Shown one piece after another: positions 16,611 through 24,115 of a DNA stretch of 24,115 bases. A program made the position numbers and the translations under genes. Location: contig JAZDMS010000039.1 in the NCBI GenBank assembly GCA_043800705.1, positions 1-24,115 on the forward strand, written 5' to 3'. How positions within the stretch are numbered: the first letter of the stretch is position 1; every line of letters starts with the position of its first letter. Origin of the DNA: Candidatus Altiarchaeota archaeon. GTDB lineage: Archaea > Altiarchaeota > Altiarchaeia > IMC4 > SCGC-AAA252-I15. Below the pieces are notes generated by a model that had not been told where the DNA came from, made no database searches, and saw only the letters and a list, made by a program, of their open reading frames with translations.

Positions 16611-18254
16611 TCACTTCTTCTTGCCTTTGTATTTCCTGTAGGCCAGGTATAATATGGCCAGGGCCGCGGCCGCGTAGGCGTAGTTTGTGTAGCTTGTCCC
16701 GTTTGTGGAGGTGGTTCTGCTGCTTGTTCCCCCGCTGCTGGTGCCGAGGGTTATCCTCTCAGTCTGGGTGACCCGTTGGTTGTTTAGGCCGTTGTATTCC
16801 AGCTCCAATGTCGCGGGCCCTGTGGCTGATGTCGCGAAGGTGAAGGTGGTCTGTTTGGTGGACATTATGTTCGCCTTGTAGGATATTAGTCGGGTCGAAT
16901 CGGCGTCCATGCCCTGGCCAGAGTTGTTGAATTGACGCTGGCCGCCTCCGGCTTGGCCCCGGGTGGCGTTGCCGCCGAAGCCCCCGGTACCGGTGCGGTT
17001 CTGGGCGTTCGGGATTATGAGCGTGGCTTTCACGCCGTCCGCGGTCCTCGTCCCTATGTTGGCCACGTCTATCCTGACGCTGCCGCCGCTGGTTTGGACT
17101 TGCATGACTTCCAATGTGATCTTGCCTGCTACGTCCAGCCCGATGTCTTTTCTTACGCTGTAGGACGTTCCGCCGACCTTATAGTCTATGTTTAGGGGTA
17201 TGGAATAGGCTTGCGTGGCTGCATCCCATCCGACGGATACCTTGAAGGTGACTTCGACTTCGCCATTTGCAGGGACCGTTTGTATGTACCGCTCAGCAGA
17301 GTCCACAGGCGCGAAAGGCGCCGTCAGATTCAGCGAGAGGGTGACTCCGCCGGCTTTAGCCTCCCCGACGTTCTTGAGGACTACGGCCAAATCCGTCTGT
17401 TCGCCAGGCCCCGTCGGGGTGTAGCTCACGTTCGCTATCTTGAAGTCCACGCCCTGGTCTTGGACGTTTAAGCCGATTGTCACGTTGTCAGAGACCTTGG
17501 TGCCGACATCGTCAGTGTATGAGAGACCCAATGCCGCCATGCATGCCCCGGAGGTTGAAGGCTTGATGGAATATGCCAGATTAAAATTTTGGTTTTCGCC
17601 GACATCCCCCACATAATTCCTGGATGACCCGATGACGGTGACACAGTTGGACGACAGGGTAGCCTCCAAATCCTTCACGGAATCCTTTGCCAGGACCGTA
17701 AGGCTCAAGTCGTCCAGGTTATCCATATAGTAGGTCGTTTTTCCGGGCGTTACCTGGAATAGGGGGTTCCCCATGATGGTAAACGGTATCTCCCAGGTTG
17801 TGAGTTGGTTGTCGTTAGATGCCCCGTCGGACCTATATCCGTTATAGTTTATCTTAATCTGCAAGGCAGTCAACCCCGTCCTTGCCGTCGGATTGATTGA
17901 GACTATCACAGGTATCGTTTTAGTTTCGCTTGGGTCTATCCTGCCGATGTAGAACTTCTTGTCTGAGCGGACTATGCCTGTGCTTAGGAGCCACACTTGG
18001 ACGTCTTCTGCCTTCTGCCCCCCCGAATTTTTTATCGCAAGGTTGAATATCATGCTGTCTCCGGGCCTTGCGCTGGCGCTGGTCGGGGTTGACGTGAAAT
18101 CCACCACCATATTAGTGGCTGCCACATCCGATGTGCCACTTGATGAAGAGCTTAAAGCCGCAGCCTGCGCCGCTGGAGCCAGCATGCACAGAGCCAAAAA
18201 GACGGTAAAAACTGCCAATTTTTCAGATGTCCCAGATTGTTTCCATTCAAACAT
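16611..18254 (-). CDS. COG1361-like S-layer/Ig-domain membrane-anchored protein associated with the ABC transporter
   Basis: Signal peptide, repeated CARDB-like motifs (IKNSGGQKAEDV, LKNVGEAKAGGV, VANIGTRTADGV), C-terminal TM plus basic tail. Typical position upstream of an archaeal MacB-type permease. Confidence 0.85.
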   Translation of the reverse strand: MFEWKQSGTSEKLAVFTVFLALCMLAPAAQAAALSSSSSGTSDVAATNMVVDFTSTPTSASARPGDSMIFNLAIKNSGGQKAEDVQVWLLSTGIVRSDKKFYIGRIDPSETKTIPVIVSINPTARTGLTALQIKINYNGYRSDGASNDNQLTTWEIPFTIMGNPLFQVTPGKTTYYMDNLDDLSLTVLAKDSVKDLEATLSSNCVTVIGSSRNYVGDVGENQNFNLAYSIKPSTSGACMAALGLSYTDDVGTKVSDNVTIGLNVQDQGVDFKIANVSYTPTGPGEQTDLAVVLKNVGEAKAGGVTLSLNLTAPFAPVDSAERYIQTVPANGEVEVTFKVSVGWDAATQAYSIPLNIDYKVGGTSYSVRKDIGLDVAGKITLEVMQVQTSGGSVRIDVANIGTRTADGVKATLIIPNAQNRTGTGGFGGNATRGQAGGGQRQFNNSGQGMDADSTRLISYKANIMSTKQTTFTFATSATGPATLELEYNGLNNQRVTQTERITLGTSSGGTSSRTTSTNGTSYTNYAYAAAALAILYLAYRKYKGKKK

Positions 18255-18408
18255 TTTCCATCAACTCCGATCGATTATCTTGATTTCCTAAATTATACGT
18301 TTTTTGGCGTAATAATAACATCGTGGTTATTTTATGCTGGGTTGCCTGCTGATTCGACCCGGCCAAGTAAAGTGCCAGCCCGGCTGTTTTCATGTAGGAT
18401 ATGATAGG

Positions 18409-18457
18409 TGAAACAAGGGATAACCTTTGATGAAACACCCGTAACATAAAGTGAAAC
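18409..18457 (-). promoter_or_regulatory. Operator cassette copy 1 (upstream of the COG1361-ABC operon)
   Basis: TGAAAC 18409, TGAAAC 18431, GTAACA 18441, TGAAAC 18452 (plus-strand spelling). Confidence 0.8.
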
Positions 18458-18468
18458 CGCATATGGTT

Positions 18469-18584
18469 GGGCTTCCACCCGCGAGGCGATGTTGTGTTTG
18501 CGGATGGAAGCCCTTTGGTGGTTGAGCGTACACCCTATTTGTGTTTGCGGATGGAAGCCCTTTGGTGGTTGAGCGTTCACCCTA
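18469..18584. repeat. 14-bp-stem hairpin (18469-18513) and overlapping 46-bp tandem duplication (18492-18537 / 18539-18584, one mismatch)
   Basis: gggcttccacccgc...gcggatggaagccc; ttgtgtttgcggatggaagccctttggtggttgagcgt(a/t)cacccta x2. Confidence 0.92.
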
Positions 18585-18586
18585 GC

Positions 18587-19072
18587 TTACCATCTTCCAA
18601 TCCCCTTGAATCCCCCATGCTGTGGGCCTTTGCCTGCGCATCCTTTGTGGGTTGTCCAGTTTCCTTCGGTTCTCATGTTCTGCATCGCGCCCCTGACATC
18701 GTCGTCTGATGCGTCGACGGCAAGCCCCAGGCGCGTCCTTAATTGTTTGCCCTGCTCTGCCTGCATGGACTGACCCTTCGCTTTTACAGCCAGCCGGTAT
18801 TCCCTTAAGGTTGAATCCTCTGTGAGTCCAAGGTCTTTCAGATGCCTTTGCCAAAGCGCTTCCTGCACCTCTTCCCGGGTGGCGTTGTCAGGAAGGCCCA
18901 TGTCCTCAAGGAACGATAAGTTCCCGAAGACGGCCTGTCTGCCGAATCCCCCCTTCATCCATGGTTTGCCCATGAGTCTCTGCCCGCCTTCGTATGCTGC
19001 CGCCGCTGCGACGAACACCCCAAACACCACCAGGGCGGCTGCCCCGGCGATGAATAATCTTTTCTTTTCCAT
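18587..19072 (-). CDS. Small secreted helical protein (161 aa) with three (L/M)GL-xxx-(A/S) repeats; Spy/CpxP/ZraP-like architecture
   Basis: RBS GAGGTGA, ATG 19072, signal peptide; MGLPDNATREEV / LGLTEDSTLREY / LGLAVDASDDDV; Gly/Met-rich termini. Confidence 0.75.
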   Translation of the reverse strand: MEKKRLFIAGAAALVVFGVFVAAAAAYEGGQRLMGKPWMKGGFGRQAVFGNLSFLEDMGLPDNATREEVQEALWQRHLKDLGLTEDSTLREYRLAVKAKGQSMQAEQGKQLRTRLGLAVDASDDDVRGAMQNMRTEGNWTTHKGCAGKGPQHGGFKGIGRW

Positions 19073-19103
19073 TTGTCGATTCACCTCTGAAGGAGTTAAA
19101 TGA

Positions 19104-19152
19104 TGAAACAGGAGTAAAGCTATTATGAAATCGCCGTGACAGAAAATGAAAC
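19104..19152 (-). promoter_or_regulatory. Operator cassette copy 2
   Basis: TGAAAC 19104, TGAAAT 19126, GTGACA 19136, TGAAAC 19147. Confidence 0.8.
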
Positions 19153-19162
19153 CAGGGCATAT

Positions 19163-19573
19163 TCATATTTTCAGCCTGATGAGGTTTGTGTTTCCGAGTG
19201 GCCTCTTGTCTACTACCCCCCTCTGCTCGAGTTTCATTATGAGACGCGATACTTTGACCTTTGACAGGCCGCTTTCGGCGACCAGGTGCATCTGGTCCAT
19301 CCGCTTCTCCTTGAGTAGGAGCTCTATCAGCTTCCTCTCGTCCGGGGGGAGGACTTTGAGCATGTTGTAGGCGTGCTGGTGGCTTATCCTCCACTGGAAG
19401 AGGAGGATTATCATGGCCCCCACCATCATCGCGACGGCGGCCACGCCGTAGGTCAGAAGAGGCATCTGCATCCCCGTGTCCTCTATGAAGTATCCGTTAA
19501 GGATTGAGAGCATCAGCCCTAGAAGGAAAACCAGGGTTATAGCGACTGCCAGCCGAGTCTCCGAAACTTCCAT
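19163..19573 (-). CDS. Membrane-anchored winged-helix transcription regulator (2 TM + wHTH; COG2512-like)
   Basis: Two N-terminal TM helices, then LPPDERKLIELL..MDQMHLVAESGLSKVKVSRLIMKLEQRGVVDKRPLGNTNLIRL. Confidence 0.88.
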   Translation of the reverse strand: MEVSETRLAVAITLVFLLGLMLSILNGYFIEDTGMQMPLLTYGVAAVAMMVGAMIILLFQWRISHQHAYNMLKVLPPDERKLIELLLKEKRMDQMHLVAESGLSKVKVSRLIMKLEQRGVVDKRPLGNTNLIRLKI

Positions 19574-19574
19574 C

Positions 19575-19862
19575 TTAGTCAGCCAGGTCTTCCCTCATCT
19601 GCAGGAACGTCTTCCGATCTATCTCACCCGACGCGTATCTGCGCTTGAGCAGGTTCAAAGGCGTCTCAAAAGCGGTGTGCGCCTTCTTTTGGGAGCCTTT
19701 AAGAAGCCACCAGAATATCAGCGCAACCAGGGTCACAGTCAGCAGATTCCAAATCAGCGGCATGGGTATGACTCCGAATAAGGGGTCATAGTATCCAGAA
19801 AAATGCCTTACAGTCTCATCGCGGCCTATGCGTTGCCCGATTTCCACTGCGCTTGTATCCAT
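19575..19862 (-). CDS. SHOCT-domain membrane protein (95 aa)
   Basis: RBS GAGGTG, ATG 19862, one TM, C-terminal PLNLLKRRYASGEIDRKTFLQMREDL. Confidence 0.88.
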   Translation of the reverse strand: MDTSAVEIGQRIGRDETVRHFSGYYDPLFGVIPMPLIWNLLTVTLVALIFWWLLKGSQKKAHTAFETPLNLLKRRYASGEIDRKTFLQMREDLAD

Positions 19863-19900
19863 ATTACACACCTCATTATGCTTCTATGCCAATAAAAGGA

Positions 19901-19949
19901 TGAAACAGGACATATCCTTGGGTGAAACAGGCGTAACAGAAAGTGAAAC
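19901..19949 (-). promoter_or_regulatory. Operator cassette copy 3 (upstream of the SHOCT-regulator operon)
   Basis: TGAAAC 19901, TGAAAC 19923, GTAACA 19933, TGAAAC 19944. Confidence 0.8.
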
Positions 19950-19955
19950 ATCTGC

Positions 19956-21218
19956 CTAATTGGCTTCAAGGGCGCTCATGACGTTGAGGACCTTTTGATC
20001 TTCTAGGGGTTTCCCCATGACGTGCAAACCGGTAGGGATGCCATCCGCCTTCCCTGCGGGGACGCTGCCTGCCGGAAGGCCTGCGAGATTCGCCGGAGTC
20101 GTGAATATGTCGTATGCGTACATGACCCGCGGGTCGTCGATCTTGGCCCCCAACTTGTGGGGGAGCTTGGGAACGACGGGGCCGACCAGGGCGTCGACGC
20201 CCTTCAGCGCCGCCGACATCTCGGACCTTATGAGGGACCGCGCCTGCAGCGCTTTTTTGTAGAATTTGCCGGTGTATTCCTTCTGGCTGACGTATTTCCC
20301 GAGGAGGATTCGCCTCAAAACCTCTTCGCCGCAGGCTTCCTCTATCCTGTGTCCGTATCTTCTGCCGTCGTATTTCCTCGTCGCGCTGTAGAATTCGACG
20401 TAGACGTTGAGGTAATATGTGGGTATGGCGAGTTCGAGGTTGGGGAGGCTGACGTCGACTATTTCAGCCCCGGCAGAGGATAACCTGTCAATCGCGGAAT
20501 GTATGACTTTGGCTATGCCCTTGTCGGCTATGAGGCCGTCGAATTCCCTCGCATAGCCTAGTTTCACCCCTTTTATGTCCGGATTCAGGCTTTTTGAGAA
20601 GTTTCCGGATTTGGGATGAAGGCATGTGCAGTCGCGGCCGTCCGGGCCGGATATGGCATCCAATAGAAGCGCACATGTTTTGACGTCTTTGGCGATGGGG
20701 CCGATCTGGTCGAGGCTCATGGCCAAGTCGATGAGGCCGTACCTCGATACGAGGCCGTACGTGGGCTTGTATCCGACGACGCCGCAGTGCGAGGCGGGGT
20801 TGCGGATGCTGCCTCCTGTGTCTGAGCCGAGTGCGCAGTCGACTAGTCCCGCGGCGACAGCCGCTGCGGACCCGCTCGATGAGCCGCCGGGTATCCTCCC
20901 CGGCGCTGCCGGATTCTGCGTCGGCCCGTAATATGATGTCTCGCCCGAGGCTCCGCAGGCGAACTCGTCCATGTTCGCCATGCCTGCGATAGTCGCGCCC
21001 TCCCTTTTTATCCGTTCTATCACGGTCGCATCGTAGGGGGCGATGTAGTTCTCCAGGGTCTTGGACCCGCCCGATGTCAGGAGGCCTTCGACGCAGATGT
21101 TGGACTTTATCGCCATCGTTAGGCCTTCGAGCCTGCCTCTGCCGCCTTTGGGATCGGAATTGATTGCGATGAACGAATTGACATTCACATCCTTCTCTTT
21201 TATTTCCGCGGCCTGCAT
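19956..21218 (-). CDS. gatA: Asp-tRNA(Asn)/Glu-tRNA(Gln) amidotransferase subunit A
   Basis: AIKSNI, NMDEFACG, PGGSSSGSAAAVA, LGSDTGGSIRNPASHCGVVGYKPTYGLVSRYGL, GEEVLRRILLG, PANLAGLPAGSVP. Confidence 0.95.
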   Translation of the reverse strand: MQAAEIKEKDVNVNSFIAINSDPKGGRGRLEGLTMAIKSNICVEGLLTSGGSKTLENYIAPYDATVIERIKREGATIAGMANMDEFACGASGETSYYGPTQNPAAPGRIPGGSSSGSAAAVAAGLVDCALGSDTGGSIRNPASHCGVVGYKPTYGLVSRYGLIDLAMSLDQIGPIAKDVKTCALLLDAISGPDGRDCTCLHPKSGNFSKSLNPDIKGVKLGYAREFDGLIADKGIAKVIHSAIDRLSSAGAEIVDVSLPNLELAIPTYYLNVYVEFYSATRKYDGRRYGHRIEEACGEEVLRRILLGKYVSQKEYTGKFYKKALQARSLIRSEMSAALKGVDALVGPVVPKLPHKLGAKIDDPRVMYAYDIFTTPANLAGLPAGSVPAGKADGIPTGLHVMGKPLEDQKVLNVMSALEAN

Positions 21219-21302
21219 TGCCTTATCTTAAGGGCTGCGCGTTTATTAATCTTGGGCGTATATTTCAACTGGGGGCAGTTAGCTGATTCGGGGGTTAATC
21301 CT

Positions 21303-21570
21303 ATGTTGTTGTAGCAGAAGCTCTTGGATGCGCTTCCCGGGCTTGAGGTCAATGACAGCGAAGCCGCCCAGAAACCTGATACCACGCCGGAGGTCATACT
21401 CGAGGTTGCGCAAGCCTTTCCTGAGGGAGCGCATGATCCTGAAGCTGAAGCCGAAATACGAGGAGGGCACGAAGACCATCGCGGTGATGAACCTGAAGGG
21501 CGGCGTCGGCGGGATGGAGGCCGTTGGCAAGGCGGCCGAGGCATTCTACAGGGGCACGGAATCCCCGATC
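21303..21570 (+). pseudogene. Probable degraded gene fragment containing a ParA/Soj-like KTIAVMNLKGGVG motif
   Basis: ATG 21303, in-frame TAG 21312, apparent frame change near 21410. The deviant Walker A lacks the following KT(T/S). Confidence 0.4.
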
Positions 21571-21790
21571 AGACTATCCGAAGGTCGGCCAGCACCGAGA
21601 TTATGAACATGGCAAAGATGCCGCCGACTATGAGCATCAGGCCGATCTGCTCCATCTGGGTCCCCAATACGGCAGTGGTGGTATTTCTAACCTCGAGGGG
21701 TGTCGATTGGGACATCGCGTAGCCGACGCCCAGCACGAGGGTGCCAAGGAGGATAACCCCCCCGCCGGTCGCGCTCCTGAAGACGCTCAT
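21569..21790 (-). CDS. Small 2-TM membrane protein (73 aa) coupled to the KaiC-like gene
   Basis: Start overlaps the upstream TGA; two hydrophobic helices. Confidence 0.7.
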   Translation of the reverse strand: MSVFRSATGGGVILLGTLVLGVGYAMSQSTPLEVRNTTTAVLGTQMEQIGLMLIVGGIFAMFIISVLADLRIV

Positions 21791-22557
21791 CAGAACACCT
21801 TGTCGTGCGGTATTATCGTGATCCCCTCGTCGCCGATCATGTACGGCACGATTTCCTTGATGTGGTCCGAGCAGCGGAGTTTGAGGATCTCAAGGGCCCT
21901 GCGCCTGACCTGGCCCTTCCTCAGGTTGTACAGCACTATGACCCCGTCGACGAGGAACTCCTCTATGCCGGTCCTGCTGTACAGGTCCGGCTCCTGCTCT
22001 ATCTCGGACAGTATGAAGTTGACGGAATCGTGCTTGTTGAGGGCGTCCAGCATCGCCTGCAAATAAGCCCTATAGCAGTTCTTGTCTCTGAAAGCGGCCT
22101 CCAGCGAGGAGATCGAGTCGATGACTATCCTGTCGGGCTTGAATGGTATCTTTATCTTCCTGGAGTCCAAAAGGGACAGTCCCCCGCCCATAATGAACAG
22201 GCCGCCGTCGGGGGAGGAGAGGTTCTTCTCGTTCTCGTACATGGACGTTATGTCGTCGGCAAGTGCGAAGGGGTCGATCTTCTGTATCGACATGAACCCC
22301 TTGGCCTCCAGCGAGTCGACGTCCCATCCGAAGTTGGCCTTCATATGCCGCTTGATCTTGTCGGAGTCCTCCACGAGGGAGACATACAGGCTGTGTTCGC
22401 CCGCCAAGGCGCCGTTGAAAAGCGACTGGAACGTGAATACAGTCTTGCCAGTCCCGCATCCGCCGGAGACCAGAATCGTGTTTCCGCGCTCCACCCCCTT
22501 CCTGCTGATCAGATCGTCGAAGGTAGAAACCCGCGTCTTTAGGAAATCAATTGCCAT
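21790..22557 (-). CDS. Single-domain RAD55/KaiC-like RecA-superfamily ATPase (255 aa)
   Basis: RBS GGAGGT, ATG 22557; SGGCGTGKT, YVSLVED, RIVIDSIS, GIEEFLVDGVIVL, RRALEILKLRCSDH. Confidence 0.92.
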   Translation of the reverse strand: MAIDFLKTRVSTFDDLISRKGVERGNTILVSGGCGTGKTVFTFQSLFNGALAGEHSLYVSLVEDSDKIKRHMKANFGWDVDSLEAKGFMSIQKIDPFALADDITSMYENEKNLSSPDGGLFIMGGGLSLLDSRKIKIPFKPDRIVIDSISSLEAAFRDKNCYRAYLQAMLDALNKHDSVNFILSEIEQEPDLYSRTGIEEFLVDGVIVLYNLRKGQVRRRALEILKLRCSDHIKEIVPYMIGDEGITIIPHDKVF

Positions 22558-22585
22558 TTGAACCTCCAATAACATTTGAATTCTG

Positions 22586-22631
22586 TATAAATAAGTCAAC
22601 GGTCAAAATAGATTGGCCGGGGAAACCCCGG
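22586..22631. promoter_or_regulatory. TATA-like box (TATAAATA 22586-22593) and GC hairpin (ccggggaaaccccgg 22617-22631) in a divergent intergenic region
   Basis: Seen directly; direction not determined. Confidence 0.45.
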
Positions 22632-22658
22632 ACAGGACGCGATTGGATGAGGTTGGCA

Positions 22659-23780
22659 ATGAAAAAATGCGACAAACGTGAGTGGCCGGATTCTCCGGCG
22701 GCCAAGTCGGCCCTCCTCATTTCCGCCATATGCCTGCTTTCAGGAGTCTCCGCCGACAACCAGGTCTACAAGCAGGCCCCCATGTGGGCCCACCATGTGC
22801 CCGGCAAGGTGTCAACACTCAACGCCTTGAACGACACGACCCTCATAGGCGGCGAAAACGGCCTATACAAGGTCGATTATGCTAAAATCACCGCATGGTT
22901 CGTCGAAACGTCGGGCAGCGTGACCGCAGTCAAACCATTGGACGACGGCAGGATAATAGGGGCCTCCTCCGACGGCTCGATGAAACTCGTCGACGCGGCC
23001 GGGAACGTGATATGGGACAGGACGGTCCCCGGCTACGTCGGCTATGGCAACGCCCTGGACGCCGATGACGGAGGAATCATCTGCGGGTCAATGGACGGAT
23101 ACGTCTACATGCTGGATCTAAACGGCACATACAGATGGAAACACCTCGTCGGAAGCTATGTCACATACACAAGGCTGCTTGCCGACCGGGCGATAGCCGT
23201 CTCCGACAGGCAGGCATACATACTCGACCGCGACGGCAAGGTCAGGCTCAACCTCAACATAGTCGGCTACATACGCTACGCAGAAGTGACGGAAGAGGAG
23301 ATAATAATCGGCATGAGCGACGGCACCCTCGAAGTCTACGACATAGACGGAAGCCGGATGTGGGGATACAAGACAGGGCAGAACATAACGGCAGTCGACG
23401 GCGACAGCAACATAACCGTGGGGACGCGCGAGAGGCACGTCTACCACCTGTCGAAGGATGGAACCCTCCTTTGGGAGCTTAACATGAGCGATGCGGTCGC
23501 AGCCGTAAGGGGCGACGAAGGGAGGATACTGATCGGGACCCAGGACGGGAAGTCCTCGCTTTACACCGACCAGGGAGGGCTCAAATGGTTCTACGAGACC
23601 GACGGCAGGCCGACGGCGCTTGACATGAGAGGACAGCACGTGATATCCGGGACCACGACCGGCTGGACATACTACTCGAAGCTGCCGACCAAGGATCCCG
23701 CGACCTCGTTCATCGTCTCCGTCGCGGTCATGGCGATAGTCGGCGCGTCGCTTCTTATGGTGTCGAGGTCCTGGAGGTAG
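22659..23780 (+). CDS. PQQ-like beta-propeller repeat surface protein with C-terminal TM (373 aa)
   Basis: Repeats GSMDGYVYMLDLNGTYRWK, GMSDGTLEVYDIDGSRMW, GTQDGKSSLYTDQGGLKW; signal peptide; start probably ATG 22659. Confidence 0.88.
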   Translation: MKKCDKREWPDSPAAKSALLISAICLLSGVSADNQVYKQAPMWAHHVPGKVSTLNALNDTTLIGGENGLYKVDYAKITAWFVETSGSVTAVKPLDDGRIIGASSDGSMKLVDAAGNVIWDRTVPGYVGYGNALDADDGGIICGSMDGYVYMLDLNGTYRWKHLVGSYVTYTRLLADRAIAVSDRQAYILDRDGKVRLNLNIVGYIRYAEVTEEEIIIGMSDGTLEVYDIDGSRMWGYKTGQNITAVDGDSNITVGTRERHVYHLSKDGTLLWELNMSDAVAAVRGDEGRILIGTQDGKSSLYTDQGGLKWFYETDGRPTALDMRGQHVISGTTTGWTYYSKLPTKDPATSFIVSVAVMAIVGASLLMVSRSWR

Positions 23781-23783
23781 CAT

Positions 23784-24115
23784 ATGGAGGTGGGAGTCGT
23801 AGGAAAACCAAACGTCGGAAAAAGCTCACTCTTCAAGGCGCTGACGCTGGCGGACGCGGAGATAGCGGACTTCCCGTTCACGACGATAAAAGCCAACGTC
23901 GGCGTCGGATATGTGAGATCGGCCTGCCCATGCAGGCAGCACAATACGACATGCAACCCGAGGAACTCCATATGCAAGGCAGGGGCCAGGTTCACCCCCA
24001 TAAAGCTGATAGACGTCGCCGGCCTCGTCCCCGGAGCCCACGAGGGGAAGGGGATGGGCAACCAGTTCCTCGACGACCTCAGACAGGCCGACGCCCTCAT
24101 ACACGTCGTCGACAT
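23784..24115 (+). CDS. ychF: Archaeal YchF/Obg-family ATPase, 5' part (runs off window)
   Basis: Not in the ORF track. MEVGVVGKPNVGKSS..FPFTTIKANVG..CPC..CNP..C..DVAGLVPGAHEGKGMGNQFLDDLRQADALIHVVD. Confidence 0.95.
   Translation, partial: MEVGVVGKPNVGKSSLFKALTLADAEIADFPFTTIKANVGVGYVRSACPCRQHNTTCNPRNSICKAGARFTPIKLIDVAGLVPGAHEGKGMGNQFLDDLRQADALIHVVD

Noticed and set aside
21790-22557. Circadian clock kaiC call
   Set aside because: Single domain, no Ser-Thr phosphosites and no kaiB nearby.

Overview
GC-rich archaeal chromosomal segment. The evidence is a long archaeal-type PheS, archaeal YchF with a Cys insert, GatA, a LeuA/CimA-family synthase, DUF99, HerA, a RAD55/KaiC-like ATPase, GGTGA/GAGGT RBSs and TATA-like boxes. 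The Thr/Cys-rich surface proteins hint at an Altiarchaeota/DPANN-like lineage, which is inference only. No rRNA, tRNA, CRISPR array or transposase was seen. Four non-annotated signals stand out. (1) A 49-bp operator cassette (TGAAAC-N16-TGAAAY-N4-GTRACA-N5-TGAAAC) occurs three times with identical spacing, upstream of three adjacent minus-strand units: SHOCT plus membrane-anchored wHTH regulator, a Spy/CpxP-like secreted protein, and a COG1361-like protein plus MacB-type ABC transporter. This is a candidate archaeal one-component envelope-stress regulon, and a parallel architecture lies next to a second wHTH gene at the window start. (2) The 3' ends of leuA (67 bp) and pheS (37 bp) are exactly duplicated. 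Both duplications begin precisely at GTACATGAG and flank short hairpin-rich inserts, suggesting an unrecognised sequence-specific insertion process. (3) A Leu-rich 34-codon uORF with alternative hairpins precedes leuA and looks attenuator-like. (4) A 7-bp tandem repeat encodes a leucine-zipper heptad and avoids TGA at every third unit.
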